Assembly (NCBI RefSeq): GCF_009914755.1
Contig: NC_060940.1
Source: the human T2T-CHM13v2.0 reference genome, Homo sapiens
Length of the DNA: 64,000 bases
Direction: 5' to 3' (one strand)
This document shows positions 1 to 15,160 of this stretch, piece by piece. How positions within the stretch are numbered: position 1 is the first letter of the stretch; every line of letters begins with the position of its first letter. The notes under the pieces were generated by a model. It had not been told where the DNA came from and did no database searches. It saw only the letters and a list, made by a program, of their open reading frames with translations. Both the position numbers and the translations under genes were made by a program.

Positions 1-651
1 GCGGTGAGACAGCTCTGACACAACCGGATCGGGGCCTCACCTGATGATGGTCAGGATGCCACCTGTATGTGCATGCTGGCGTTACTCTCCATCAGCTTCT
101 GTCTCAGGTGGCTGTACCTTGGGCTGCCAGGACAGTGTCCGGCAGAAAGGATGGCCCCCTCCCTGAGCCAGGTGGCATGATTCTGACAGGCCATCTGGGG
201 ATGGGGTTGGGGTCACTTCAATGGGACCGCGTGAATGAAGAGGTTGGGTGGGTCCTCAGGTTGATTGCCTGACTTACATACACGCCCCATTCAGTTTGTG
301 AGCCTGTCTTCCCCATGAGATTGGAGGTGTCTTGAGAATGGAAGTTTTTATTTTTTAGAAGTTAATAGATGTTTGGTGAGCACCTACTGTGTGCCGGGCC
401 CTGTGCTGGGCTCCAGAGATGCAGGAGTGATAAAAACAGCCCAGTCCTTGCTCTCTCAGGCTAATGGTCTGGCAGGGATGAGAGACATCGCCTTACTCCA
501 AGTGTTTCTTGCTTTTGACCTGTTCCTGCTTATGTAACATTGGCTGGGATGTAGTTGGTGGTTGGTGAATGCTGGCTCAGTGAATCAATCAGCAAGGATG
601 GCCGCTCCCCACCTCACCCCATGGCCCACTGTCAGGGAAGCTCAGTCCACA

Positions 652-863
652 CAGTGTTTCTCAAAGAGTTGGGGTGTGAGGACTGATCCTGTTGTATTTG
701 GATGTTGAACTTCCCTGGTCTCTACCCACTGCATGTCTGTCTGGGACCCTAAGTCATTGTAACAATCAAAAATAACATCCCTGCCCCAGGACACACACTT
801 TTTCAAACCCTCTCTGGTCAGGGTATGGGGTGAAGCGTCACTGTCCTTCACTGAGAAGCACTG
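652..863. mobile_element. hAT-Charlie MITE, MER20-like
   Basis: TIR-like ends cagtgtttctca...tgagaagcactg; internal ctggtctctacccact motif. Confidence 0.6.
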
Positions 864-2417
864 AGGAGGTTTGAGCACATAAGGAAATCAGTGTAGTATT
901 TTGTGATGAGTGCTACAAAGGGATTGGTCAGGCAGGGTGGTGGAGGGTGAGTAGCTCTCCAGGGAAACGGATGGGGAATTTGGACCAGGCAGTAGGGGAA
1001 CACAGGTCTGCAGCAACTTCTCCTTGCCCTCTACATATTTGTAAAGTGCCTCTCCTGTGCCAGGCACTGTTCTGGGCTCTGGGGATGTGTAATGAACTTC
1101 TGGATAGATTTCCCCAGTAGAGGAGAAACACCTGCTTTCAAATCCACAAAGGAAGTGTTGAGTTGTTGCCCGGCTGTGATTGGTGGAAGGCATCTCTTGG
1201 GCAGTGAAGCTGAGACCTCAGGCTGTGGCCGTGGCATCCACGCTCCAGGAGGATGGAAGATGCAACTCGTATTCCAGACCTGTTCCCATCTCCCCTTCTG
1301 ATTCTCTTTTCTCCCAGGGAAGTTAGTTGTGGGTTGATTTCATTTATGTTTTCCAAACCATTCACTTACTGAGTCCTGCCTGAGTGCCAGACACTGTGCC
1401 GACAGCTTACCCTGAATAAGCTAATAGACGATGATCCTAATGCTCCCCATGCGACGGGTTGTGGATCCCCGATGCTGTGGATCGGGAAGCTGAGGCTTAG
1501 GGGTCCCCTGTGGAAGGAGCCGGAACCTGACCTTGGCTCTGTACCTCGGCACCCCAGAGCCCCCCTGCCTGCCCTGAGGAGCTCTTATAAAAAGTTTTAA
1601 AATTAATTTTTAATTACATGAATATTGCAGGAGGATATTCTCTCTATAAAAAATTAAGACATTACAGTGAAGGCTAAAGCCCCCTGTGGTCCTTCTAATC
1701 TCAGTAGAGAGGTCCTGGTAGAAAGCACAGTTTTCTAGCTGGTGTGTCCATCCAGACATTTAAAAAATATGTACATATTTATACATGTCTGTATCTATGG
1801 AAAATATATGGTGCCATTTTGTGTCTGGGTATTTTCATTCTATTTTTAGAAAATACAAATGGGAACATTCTGCAGCTTTTCTACTCAGCAGTGTTTCTTT
1901 TCTTTCCTCTGTTTTTTTAGAAGGAATAAATATTTAATAAAATATCACTGGAAATAAACCACTGAAGCAGAAGTCTTCTAGCATTTTGTTTTTACAGGAC
2001 TTTTTGACGAAATCGCTTAAAGCAATATATTTTTTTTTTCAAAAGACTGGAAATCCTTTTTTAAAAAAAGAAAAAAAACAACGTTTTTTAAAAAAAGAAA
2101 AAAATAAATATTTTAAAACAAAAAGTCTCTCTATAGTGCAAAAAATGCCTTTTCTTGATTTTTTTCCCTGCCATGCAAAATTGTTAAATGAGCAGTATGC
2201 CCATAGAAACGATGCCTCTAGATGCTTTTCCTAATTTATTTAATTGACAAATAAAAGTTGTTTATATGTATCATGTACAACATGGTGTTTTGAAATATGT
2301 ATACATGGTGAAATGGCTAAATTGAGATAATAACATATACACACACTTAACCATTTTTTTTTTGTGTGTGGTGAGACTTAAAGTCTACCCTCAGCAATTT
2401 TCAAGAATACAGGACAT

Positions 2418-2723
<306 letters not shown>

Positions 2724-3460
2724 TGACTATAGTCCCTATGCTGTACCATAGATCTCTTGCACTTACTCCTCTTGTCTAACTGAAATTTTGTATCCTTTGA
2801 CCAACATATCCCCAACACTCCCTACCTCCCCCTGCCCCGGACCCTGGTAACCACCATTCTACTCTCCACTTCCGTGAGTTTAAACCTTTTTAGGTTTCAC
2901 GTATGAGATCCTGTGGTATTTGTTTTTCTGTGCCTGGTTTATTTCACACAGCACAATGTCCTCCAGGTTCATCCATGCTGTTGCAAATGACAGGCTTTCC
3001 TTTTTTTTTTTTTTTTAAAGCAAATGGTATTCCATTATGTAAATGTACCACATTTTCTTTATCCATTTATCTGTTGATGGGCAGGCTGATTCTACACCTT
3101 GGCTATGGTGAATGGTGCTATGAACATGGGAGTGCAGCTTTCTCTTTGACATATTGATTTCCTTTCCTTCAGATATATACCGAGAAGTGGGATTGCTAGA
3201 TCCCATGGTGTTCTATTTTTAATTTTTTGAGGAACCTCTGTACTGTTTTCCATAGTGGCTATGCTAATTTACAGTCCCACCCACCAGGTGCAGGGGTCCC
3301 CTTTTCTCCACATCCCCACCAGCACTTCTCCTTTAGCTAATAGCCATTCTAACAGGTGTGAGGTGACATCTCATAGTGGTTTTAATTTGCATTTATCTGA
3401 TGATTAGTGATGCTGAACATTTTTTACGTAACTGTTGGCCATTTATGTATCTTCCTTTGA

Positions 3461-3833
<373 letters not shown>

Positions 3834-4743
3834 TGAGCTGTTTGACTTCCTTATATATTTTGGATATTGACCCCTTACCAGATGTTCAGTTTGCAGATGT
3901 TTTTCCCATTCTGTAGGTTGTTTATTTACTCTGTTGATTCTTTCCTTGGCTATGTAGAAGCCTCTTAGTTTGATAAAATCCCATTTATCCACTTTCACTT
4001 TTGTTGCCTGTGCTTTTGGGGTCATATCTGAAAAATAATTGCCCAGACCAATGCTACGGAGGTTTTCCTCTCTGTTTTCTTCTAGTAGTTTTACAGTTTC
4101 AGGTCTTATGTTTAAGTCTTTAATCCATTTTGAGCTGCTTTTTTTGTTTATGGTGTGAGATAATGGTCTAGTTTTCTTCTTTCGAAATTGCTATTATTTC
4201 TATATAGGAATTTATTTCAAAATTCTTTTAATTTTTTTAAATCTAGGTTTCCCAACCCTACTTATTTAACAGACTGTCCTTTCCCCCTGGTGTGTTCTAG
4301 ACATCTTTATTGAAGATCAGTTGACTGTAAATGCATGGATTTATTTCTTGGCTATCTATTCTGTTCCACTGGTCTGTGTGTCTGTTTTTATGCCACTGTT
4401 GTGCTATTTTTATTACTATAGCTTTGTAGTATATTTTGAAGTAAGATAGTGTGCTATCTGCAGCTTTGTTATTTTTGCTCAAAATTGCTTTGGCTATTTG
4501 GGGTAGACATTTTTAAAAAGACCCTCTTGGCTGTAAACTTAGGGTCAAAAATATTTTTCCAGATGTTTCTGTCTTGCTGATAAAAGCTAATAAAACCAAG
4601 GAGGCTCTTCTGTTTTGGATTTTTTCTGCTTCATGTTTCAAACAGATGAAGGAATGAAAGACTTGTTTCTTTTTTTTTTTAAAAAAAGTCACTGTTTTGC
4701 TAGTTGAGTCACCGAAGACAAGATTTAATAATTTTGAGGTGGG

Positions 4744-4955
4744 GGGGATTGGCAAACATTTTCTGTGAAGGACCACAGAGTGAATATTTTAGGTTTTGCA
4801 GGCCATATGGTCTCTGTTGCAGCTACACAACTCTGCTGTTACAGTGTGAAAACAGTCCCAGACAATGTATAAACAAATGAACTGTAGCTGTGTTTCAATA
4901 AAGCTTTATTTATAAAAGCAGGTGGTGGGACACATTTGGCGTACTCTTGACCTAG
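4744..4955. mobile_element. MER58A-like hAT MITE
   Basis: ggcaaacattttctgtgaagg...aatattttaggttttgcaggccatatggtctctgttgca...caataaagctttattta resembles recalled MER58 consensus. Confidence 0.7.
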
Positions 4956-5198
4956 TTCCCTAGGAAGCTCCTAAAGTCAAGTCCTGTAGTTGGGGAGGAG
5001 AGGAAGGGTAAGAGGAGCTGTTGAGTCACTCGGCCATATTTCTTCTGAGAGACAGATTCTTCTAGATCTGTTTTGAAAATACCCACATCATTGTTTTCTT
5101 ATTGTCTTGTATTCCATAGGAGGACTATACCCTGTTTATTTACCCACTTCTCTAAGGCTGGATAACTAGGTTGTATCTAATCAGTAGGGTTTGTGTAA

Positions 5199-5477
<279 letters not shown>

Positions 5478-5499
5478 TGAGGTTGTAACTCATCTGTTC

Positions 5500-6470
5500 A
5501 TGAATTCAGCAAACCTCTGAGTATTCACCATGTGTCTGATACTGCTGTAGGTCCTGGGGATACAAATTGAGCACAACAAAGACCCTGCCGTTGTGCTGCT
5601 TATAGTGTAGTGTTGGGGAGATGCAACAAATGACATTTAAAATATCCATAGCATGTGCCAGATGGTGATGAGTGCTATGGAGAAAAACACTGGGCAGGTG
5701 GATAAGAGGATACAGAGTGATGGGGAAGGGGTTGAAGTTTTCAGAGGGTGGTCTAGGAAGATCTCACTGAAAAGGAATGAGCCATGTGGGTATGTTCTGG
5801 AGGAAGAGAGGATAGCATGCGCAAAGGTCCTGAGGTAGAAGCCTGCCTGGAGGCACCAAGAGGAAGTCAGCATGGCCGGAATCAAGCCAGCCCAGGTGGG
5901 GGTAGAGCTAAATAAGGATGAGGGTTCACAGGTGACTTATCATGCAGGGGCTCATAGGCCATTGTAAGGCCCTGGCTTTTTCTCTGAGTCATTGGAGAGT
6001 TCTGGGTGCAGGAGAGACCTGATGTGGTTACTTTGTCTCCATTCCTACCACATAGATCATTAATTTATTGAAGAGAGATTTATGGCATCCCGATCATGTG
6101 CCAAGGACTGTTCTAGATACTAGGAGTACTGTGGAACAAAATCTGCTTTGGGAAATTTAGGTTCTGGAGAGGAGAGACAGATAATATACACAATTAAGAT
6201 GTTTTCAGGTAGCATGAAATATAATAAAGCAAAGAAAACAGGATAGTGTGAAAAGGGGTGGACACTACCTTAGGCTGTGGGAGTGGAGATCAGAGAAGGC
6301 CACCTTAAAAGGGGAGAAATGTGAGCCGAAACATGGAAGATAGCAGTGAATGGGATCTGGGGAGAAGTGAATGAAGGGGTGACTCTAGGTACAGGAGTGG
6401 CCACATCACAAGCCCTAAGGTGACATGAGGAACAGAAAGAAGAGTTAGAGAGGAACAGAGAGGTGGTGGG
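5500..6470. mobile_element. L2 fragments
   Basis: typical L2 3' motifs (tgagtattcaccatgtgtctgatactg, gcaaaggtcctgagg, gtgccaaggactgttctag). Confidence 0.55.
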
Positions 6471-6482
6471 GGTGGATCTTGT

Positions 6483-6693
6483 CAGTGGTGTGCTAGTAAA
6501 TGTTCAAACAGCTCTCAGCGGGGTAGGGGAAGGCACTGGTTTGTAGCATTTGCCAGTTTCCATGGTGTAAATACTTCCATGGAGGTCAGTTTCAAGTTGT
6601 TGATGTGCTGTCGTTGAACCTGGAACGTGGAGTCAGGAAGTGATGTACACAGTGGGCTTTTGTGAGCCGGGAGGTCACTCCAGCACACCATCG
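6483..6693. mobile_element. MER63-like hAT-Blackjack MITE
   Basis: terminal inverted repeats cagtggtgtgct...agcacacca. Confidence 0.6.
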
Positions 6694-6967
6694 CATCTTA
6701 GGATTTGTGCTTTTACAAAGGAACGCAGTGCCTGGCACGCAGCAGGCCAGGACAGGGCCTCTCTGATTTTGGGTTAGTTTCCAAGTCTGGGGACCTTCTT
6801 TATAGCTTCTTCCTGTGTCTACTCATGGGCCAAAAGAAAATTCTATGAGGTTTCAACTCCTCTATCAAAGGATAGGTAACCATAAGGAAGCCTAGAACCC
6901 TTGTTATATGTAAGGGCTATTCCAGGAGCATGGATTATTCCATTTCTTTCTTTGTTTTTTTTTCCAG

Positions 6968-7039
6968 GAAAGAGATATAAACTCCCTCTACGACGTCAGC
7001 AGAATGTATGTGGATCCCAGTGAAATCAATCCGTCCATG
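6968..7039 (+). CDS. PLCG2: PLCG2 exon 21 (72 nt), SH2-SH3 linker with Y753 and Y759
   Basis: long T tract + ccAG acceptor, ATG|GTACGG donor; ERDINSLYDVSRMYVDPSEINPSM. Confidence 0.97.
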
Positions 7040-8039
7040 GTACGGTGCCGAACCTCCAATTCACATGATTTTGGAGTCACGAGGCTGATGTGGATTCCAT
7101 CTTGTTCCCATGGCAGTTATAACAGGGCAAGGGAAGACTTTGGAAAACCTGGCCAAAATAATTTTTTTTTTTTTTTGAGAAGAAAGGATGATTGATAATA
7201 TCAAGCCTAGTTTCAGGGAAAATGTTAATAGAATTCCATCCAAATGCAACAGTGTTTTGCTAAAATTCTGAGGTTTGACGAACCACCTTTGGGCCAAATG
7301 GCTTCTAATGAAAAGTCTTTCAAATGTTTTTGGCTCGCTGACAGAGCCTGTGGTGTTTATAAATTCCATTTGGTTCACTGACCTCCTTGCAGTGCAAATG
7401 CTGTCTCATATTCCCACCCTGACTCTGTTGTGTAATTTCATGCAGGTAGGGATGGATTTTACTTTCAGCCCTCGGCTCCTCCTTGCCATGCTTTCATCTC
7501 AAATTTAGTTTGAGCCGGCAGAGGAAGAACCGCAGCGAATTTTCTGTTTGGGGGCCATGTGGCACACAATTAGTGTACAACGCTCACTTAGGAAGGGGCC
7601 CTGCTTGTGGGCTCTGTTGAAATCCAGAGATGACTTTCTTTTTCAAAAATTTATAATCCATGGCCAATGCAGATCTGTTTCAGAAAGAAATGAAATCTTG
7701 AAAAGTTGTGGGCAAATTGAGCTGTGTGTGAAATGCATTAAGAGACCTTAGTAGCAAAAACTTTTGTTAGTAGTGAAGGATGTTTTGGCGATGAGAACAG
7801 TCACCTCTCTAACTGATGACTTTTCCTTCCTGTGGCCTTGGAGACTGGCTGGTCCTTATATCCACCCTTGAAGCAGGATACGCAAGTAGAGGCTGCTCTG
7901 TTTGCAGGTGGGGGAGAGAAAGGCAAGGGTACTGCTTAGCCTCTGGCCTCCAGCTGCAGATCCCTGTGGCAGAGCTCCTAGAACCCACATTGCTTCTTAT
8001 GAAACATCATGCACTATGGCACTAACTCACATTGATGGA

Positions 8040-8440
8040 TCCAGTTCTGGGCTGAGCCACTTAAAACAGCTGGTCGATGTGGGGCAAATTACTTTCTCTC
8101 TCTGCATCTCAGTTTTCTCATCTGCAAAATGGGCATACTCATATAACTACTTACCTGTTATGGTTGCTTAAGGATTAAAGGAGATACCTTAAGGCTTGGA
8201 ATAATGCTTTAGCGATACTATAGTTAGCACTTAAGAAGTGCAAGCTGTTGTCAGTTTTATCATTATACACATGATCTCATTTAGTAGTCTTAACAACCCT
8301 GTGAAATATATAAAAATTTAATTCCCATTTCACAGACGGGGGAACTGAGGATCAGAGAGACTCAAACTTATATCATTATTCAAGGGCAGAGCAATGATTT
8401 GAACCTACATATCTGACTCTGTAGCCTGTGTTCTGAGGAA
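8040..8440. mobile_element. two MIR fragments in opposite orientation
   Basis: ctcagttttctcatctgcaaaatggg and cccatttcacagacgggggaactgagg MIR core motifs. Confidence 0.65.
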
Positions 8441-8943
8441 ATATTTTACTGGGTTCCCTGTGAAATTCCTGTTCCCATTTCCTTTGGGTGGGAGGAGAAG
8501 GAAGCTGCTCATTTAAACAGGTTTGACAACGTCAGAGCTTTTCCCACTAACATTTGCTTGCCGTGTGGGTGTTCATTTATGCCCGCCAGGCAGAAAGCAT
8601 GAAAGCAAATTCATTGAAGAAAATTTCTAACCAAGGAAGTTCTATCTTATTTAGTTCTGTGAACAGAGACCACCTTTTGATGAATTTCATGGAGGAGAAG
8701 CTCAGTTACTCTTGCAAAATGTCAGGGTCCTGCAGGAGTGTAGATAGGGGACTGCTGACCTACAAAAACAGAGCAATGAGGCCCTCAGGACAGGCAGGAA
8801 GAATGGGGTTGCCCTTGAGCTTCTGGGAGGCTTGCTGAGCACCGGCACTGTGATGACAGTCTTGGCTTAATCTAAAAGGCATGTCCTTTCTTTGTTGAGG
8901 AAATTGAGCAATATTGTGTCACTACAATATAGGGTCACTCCCA

Positions 8944-9030
8944 CCCTAACCCTAAGCCTAACCCTAACCCCAGCGCTAAACCCTAGCCCCAAACCCTAAC
9001 TCCTAACCCCTAACCCTTAACCCCAACCCA
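8944..9030. repeat. degenerate interstitial telomere-like repeat (CCCTAA)n, about 14 units
   Basis: ccctaaccctaagcctaaccctaacccc...ccctaactcctaacccctaacccttaaccccaaccca. Confidence 0.9.
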
Positions 9031-9251
9031 GGTACCCTTGGCTCTGACTAGGCCAGTTCTCCTTCACTCCCTGGTGGCTTTTTGGGGCCTTGGATCCTTT
9101 GCAATGCCAGTCCCTCTCCAGCAGATGACTTTGTAACCTTGGCCTGAAGCCTCCTGCTCCCCAATGAGAAGAACCAAATGGTACCTGGGAACGCAGCCGC
9201 CTCCCTCCCCTCCTGTCCCTGGCCTGACCTTTTCCTTCTTGTTTTCCCTGA

Positions 9252-9365
<114 letters not shown>

Positions 9366-11375
9366 TAAGGCTGAGTGGAGGCTGGGCTGCTCGGCAGGTG
9401 GGCTTGACTTGTCCCTTCTTGGTGATAAGACTCAGGTGCTGGCCAAGTCTGACCCCCTTTGTCATCCGGGGCTGGCTTTGACCTCTTGTGTTAAGTCCCT
9501 TCTTAGGAAGGTGGCTTGGTGCATGCTCTATTTGAGAAAATGGATAAACAACAATATTAACAGGTATCGACATATCATATCATATATTGTATATTATTAT
9601 AATTACAACAGCAGCTACCATTTATTGAAGTCTTTCTAAGTGGCAAGCAGTCTGCTAATTGCTTTCCATGCATCGTCTAACCAAATCTTCAACCAAATCT
9701 TCATTACTCCCTGTGACAAAAGATGCGGCAAATGAGACTTTCCAAGTCACACAAATAAATACTAAATACTAAATAGTGCAGGCGCTTTCCAATACACAAG
9801 ACTGTGTGTTATTTCCAATTCAAATTCGTATGCTGTTCCATAGTCCCGTGCTGTGTGCAATGGCCACATCCTGAATTGAAGACAATACGTTTTTCGTGCA
9901 AAGGTACCTGGGTATGCTAGGGTTTAGTTACCACTTCGCTTTTTAACCTTAGAAGAAAAATTCACTGCCCACTGATAGGTTTCTGGGCAAGTGGTTTTGT
10001 GGGGTGACTTCTGTCTGAGAGCAATAAGAACTTGCTCATAATAGTGAGCACTGGTTTAAGCACCTCATAGACTGGCATTTCTGCCTCCCACAAGATAACT
10101 GGACCTGGCTTAGGAATCTGAATAGCAGCATGCATGGAGTGCTTCTATGTGTCAAGCACTGTTTTAAGCACGTTTGAAATAACTCACTTCATTTGAAATA
10201 ACTGAGTCTACATGATGACTGTAAAAGGTTGGTTCTGTTGTTACCTGCATTTTACCGATGAGGAAACTGAAGCCTTCAGAAGTGCAGTCACTTGTCCAGG
10301 GCCACATAGCAGGCTGAGATTTGAACCGCCAGGCCTTCTGACTCCAGAGCTTACACTCTTAACTCCATTCATCTGCTAAGTCCTTCCCTGTCCTCTTGCA
10401 AGATGCCTTAATCCAGGGATTATCAAACTTTTTCTTAAAATCAGGAGAACCTCATTGCAAACCAATTCATACCTAGATTCCACAGAATCAAAGATGCAGC
10501 CGAGTTACCCATTGAGCTGGAGTGGGGGCGTAGAATTGCCCTGTTTGGCCTCCTTGCTGACATTGCTGTTCCTACTGCAGCCTCTGATGCTTCCCCTTGG
10601 AGGCTCCCAGACCCAGTTGGGCAACCACAGTGTTGTCCGTCTGCTTCTCCCAGTTCAGAGGCTCGGCTTTGCCGAAGTCCCTCCACTCGAAGTGGCACAG
10701 AGTTGAGGTCTCTTCCAGGCACACTGGCGTTCCCTCACTGGGCTCCTGTCCCTGCCTTGGTCAACATCCTGGTGCGCACTGGGTGGGTGACTAACAACAT
10801 TTTTGGAGTTGTGGCTGGAGCCCAGGTGACTACTCCAAATCACGGTTTTCCATTCTGTGTGAGATGGCCTCATGCCTTTCTATGCCTCTGACAGGCAGTT
10901 CTCTGAATTTCGAAGGCTCTTGTCTTAAGAGACTGTCAGAAGTCCCTTTGGCAAGGGACTGTGGGCAAACCGCCCAGCGGCTGTGGTCAATTCCTCTCTC
11001 TGATGGCAGTAGTGCTACCTAGGGGGCCGCCTGGGTGAAACGGGCTTTTTTGCATACTTCCAAACTGGTTCCCTGTAGCTAGGGGACCAAACAATTATTG
11101 TCTGAACCAAGATGCTCCTGAGAGTGAAGAGAATGTAAAGTGCTCAGTCCTGGACAGATGGTATATATGATCGCCGTAAATACAGCCAGCCCTTGCCAGA
11201 AGTGGGTCTGGAGAAATGGTGCGGGGGGGCGTGAAAAGGGCTTACAACCCGCAGTCCTGTGTCTCTGCTAGGTGAATTGGTAGCATCAGTCCTCACTCTG
11301 CTTATTCAGACCAAAAAATTGTTAAGTTCTTCCCACCACCACGGAGCACAGACTTGATTAAGATCCAGAAAGGTC

Positions 11376-11676
11376 AGCCGGGTGCAGTGACTTGCGCCTG
11401 TAATCCCAGCACTTTGGGAGGCCGAGGCGGGTGGCTCACTTGAGGTCAGGAGTTTGAGACCAGCCTGGCCAACCTGGTAAAACCCTGTCTCTACTAAAAA
11501 TACAAAAATTAGCCAGGCATGGTGGCCCATGCCATAATCCCAGCTACTGGCGGGGCTGAGGCAGGAGAATTGCTTGAACCCGGGAGGCGAAGGTTGCAGT
11601 GAGCTGAGATCGTGCCATGCACTCCAGCCTGGGGGACAGAGTGAGACTCTGTCTCAAAAAAAAAGAAAAAAAAAAA
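11376..11676 (+). mobile_element. AluS
   Basis: full dimer with A tail; TSD aagatccagaaag/aaaatccagaaag. Confidence 0.93.
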
Positions 11677-12792
11677 ATCCAGAAAGATATCATATAGAGG
11701 GGAAGACAGATGTATAATTATACGTTAAGTATAAGATGTGGCTGCTCAGATGACTGTGGGGACAGGATGCCAGGGGACCACAGAGGAAGAGTGCTCAGCC
11801 TAGGGGGCAGTCAGGGAAGACTCCGTGGGAGAGGAAATGCCCAAGCTGAGTCTTAAATTAGTGGGGGGAAGTTGGGTACCAAGGGCATGGGCCAAGGCAT
11901 GGAAGCTAGGCAGCATGGCAGGGGCATGATAGGGACGACGGGCCAGCTGGAGTCAACATCATGGAGAGTTAGGAGGTGATGTCTGGGAGTCCTGGGGTCA
12001 GACTGTGCTGGGCCGTGGCTGCCATGTTGAAGAGTCTGGGCTGGATTCTGGAGGCCCTGGGGAGCCATCATGTGGTGTGGTCAGAGGTGCATTTTGGAGA
12101 GTCCCTGGCTGCGGAAAATGGCTCAAGAGATGGGCAGGTTGAAGGAGGGGGTTTGCATGTCTGGGCACGGCCTTGCCGGGAGGAATCTTAGAGGTGCTCA
12201 CCGTCTGGTGGGGTCCAGGAACATTCATAGATGGATTATGTCCCGTGTTGTTAGTGTTGTTATAAAGATAGGGAACAATGTTTTAGCTGAATAATAATAA
12301 GAGCTAACACTATTGAGTATTTACTGTGTACTAGGTAGGCGCTGTCCCAAGCACTCAGCTTATGTTAGTTTAGAGTCCTAATAAAACCCTCTGAGGGAAG
12401 CACTCACGTTTATGCATTTTTCAGATGGAGGGTTGGAGGCACAGAAAGCCTCCACCATCAGTGGTAGAGCTGGAGTTTAATTCCAGCCTGTCTGCCTCCA
12501 GAACCACCTTCTCTCTAAATTCACAACCTCCCTGAAATAGGGGTGAACTTTTGTCTTGTATGGTCTCTGACTTCCACGTAAAGCATGGAAACTTTTGACT
12601 TGTGATCTTTGATTAAACATTAAGATCATGTGATGGGGGTAAAATCAGCCCCCAGTAACTCATTCGTAATTAAAAAATAAAAAGACAGCAGTTGCCTTTG
12701 AGATGCTCCATTGTCACAGATAGTGACACTGGTCACTTGGCCACTTGCTGTCTGTCCCCATCAGAATTGAGCCAGCAGCCGGGTGCAGATGA

Positions 12793-13092
<300 letters not shown>

Positions 13093-14326
13093 TGATGATA
13101 GGGAAATTGAGATTGAGTTGTTGTGCGTGAGTTGCTGTGACAAGCCGGCCGTGTTTTAATCAGGTTGTGCTGGGCTTGGAAGGATTTGAATATGCAGGAG
13201 AATTCCCGCTGGAGTGAAAGTGACCAAATGGGGAATTTGTCCTTTGCTTAAGCAACTTGCAGATGAAACACATTTATATTGGACAGCCAGACATTGAGAA
13301 CGTGCTTGGGGCGAGTAAGCAAGTGGGCCTAACCAGAGGTGAGATGAGGCCTTCCTGGTGACTTTGCAAACCTGGTGGTTGTTCCCTCGCCGCCTCTTGT
13401 TTAGAGAGCAGCCACTTTCAGCGTGCTGGCACCCCACCAAGGATGATATCTTTGTAATGAGGATTTTAAGATCCCGTTAGACCCCCAGGTGTTTATTTTC
13501 TAAGGGAGGTAGGGCAATCTGGGAAGGCTTCCTGGAGGAAGGAGTATTTGACCCTTAAAAGTCAAGTTAGAGTTCAACAGCAAGAGACTGGCAGAAGAGA
13601 GGTGCAAGTGGGAGGTACAGTCTAAGCAAAGGTGTGGCAGTGGGAATGTGGTTGTGTTCCGTGTGCTTGGGCTGAGGCAGAGACTGGAAGCCCTTGCTTC
13701 CTCTGTACTGAGTTGCCCTTACCTGTACATCAGCATTTACCTGGTGCAGGGGGTGGGGGTTGGGGTGGTGCAGGCAAGGAGTGGATGCCTGGTTCTGCCA
13801 CCTCTCCCCCAGGATATTCTTCATCTCAGCCAGACCCTGGGATGGTTCAAGGGTGCAATGGGAGGCAGAGCTGGAAAGGGTGATGGGGGCTCTGAAAGTC
13901 TTAAAAGCCAGGTCATAGAGCATGGGTGTTGCTTCCACAGGACATGGGGAGCCACAGAAGGTTCTTGAGCCGGGCTTTAGTAGGCAAAATAGTCTCATTT
14001 TCTAATAAGGTCAGATAAATAGTCTAGGATGTGTTTTGAAACCAGATCTGAGGAAGCATTATGAAACCTGTTCTAGAATTCACAAGGCACGTTTTTACGG
14101 ATTGGAAAATGAAACTCCGAACCTCCTGGCACCCTCTCCCCGCCAGGTCCCTATCAGCTCCATGCTTCATTATTTAGCTCTCTCCCCATGGACGTATCTG
14201 GTAATGAAAATGCATTTTAAACAGTTCCACAGGCCGTATCTCTGCTAAACGGTGTGCTTTGGAAACGGGTTTTCTTTTTATTATTCCCGTTACAACTAAC
14301 GTGAGTTATGTCTTGTTTCTTCACAG

Positions 14327-14393
14327 ATTATTGAAGACAATCCCTTAGGGTCTCTTTGCAGAGGAATATTGGACCTCAATACCTATAACGTCG
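14327..14393 (+). CDS. PLCG2: PLCG2 exon 24 (67 nt), start of C-terminal half of split PH
   Basis: ttcttcacAG acceptor, G|GTACGT donor; [22 protein letters not shown]; absent from the ORF track but phases fit both neighbours. Confidence 0.96.
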
Positions 14394-15160
14394 GTACGTG
14401 CACACATCATCTTAGCCTGGATTTCCACCCCTATCCCCCATGGGCTGACCTCAGCCCCGCCCTACACAGGGAGGTGGCTGACACAGGGTCCTGTCTTGAA
14501 TGCCAGCTCCTTCCCTGGCTGAAGCTGAGTATTTAGGTCAGGCTGGTCAGTGAGTATGATGCTATGTCTGCTATTAATCTCTACTAAAACTGTAAGTGCT
14601 AAAACAAGGTCTCGTACATAAGTGCTAGATGGTGGTTAGCGGATATTATTACCAGCGTCACTCTTATTATTTCAGGATCCATCTGTGTTTCCCATGCGTT
14701 GCGAAGGAAAGCTGAGCTGTCAGCCTGGCTGAAATGCCGCGTGGAGTTGGGAGTCTTGGGTTCTAAACCCAGCTCTGCCTCTCTCTCGCTATGAGACTAC
14801 AGGCCTGTCACTTCTCCTCTTTGAACCTCTGCTTCCTGGTTGCTCGGCTGGGGCCCAGGAAACCCAGCCCGCCCACGTTGACCATGCTGCAACGGGATGT
14901 GAAGGCGTGGCCCCAAGGCTAGGCTTGTCCAGTGGTGGCCAGGGTCTGATGTGTGCTGGGTTTCCTGGGTCTTGAGCCTGCCTGCTTTGAAGTGGGTGTG
15001 GTGCAGCTCCCATGTGAAGGGACTCTGTAGCGGGCCTCCTTGTTCTGGGCAGCCCATGACCCTCCCTGGGCAGGCACGGGCATGCTCCCCTAGGACTCAG
15101 GTGACAGCAGCCCCAGGAACTTCCTGCTTCTATTGCCAATGCTCTGCTTTACACATTCAT

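Noticed and set aside
10455-10706. 83-aa ORF with a hydrophobic, signal-peptide-like stretch in intron 22
   Set aside because: No recognisable homology, promoter or splice support; Leu-rich ORFs arise easily in CT-rich DNA.
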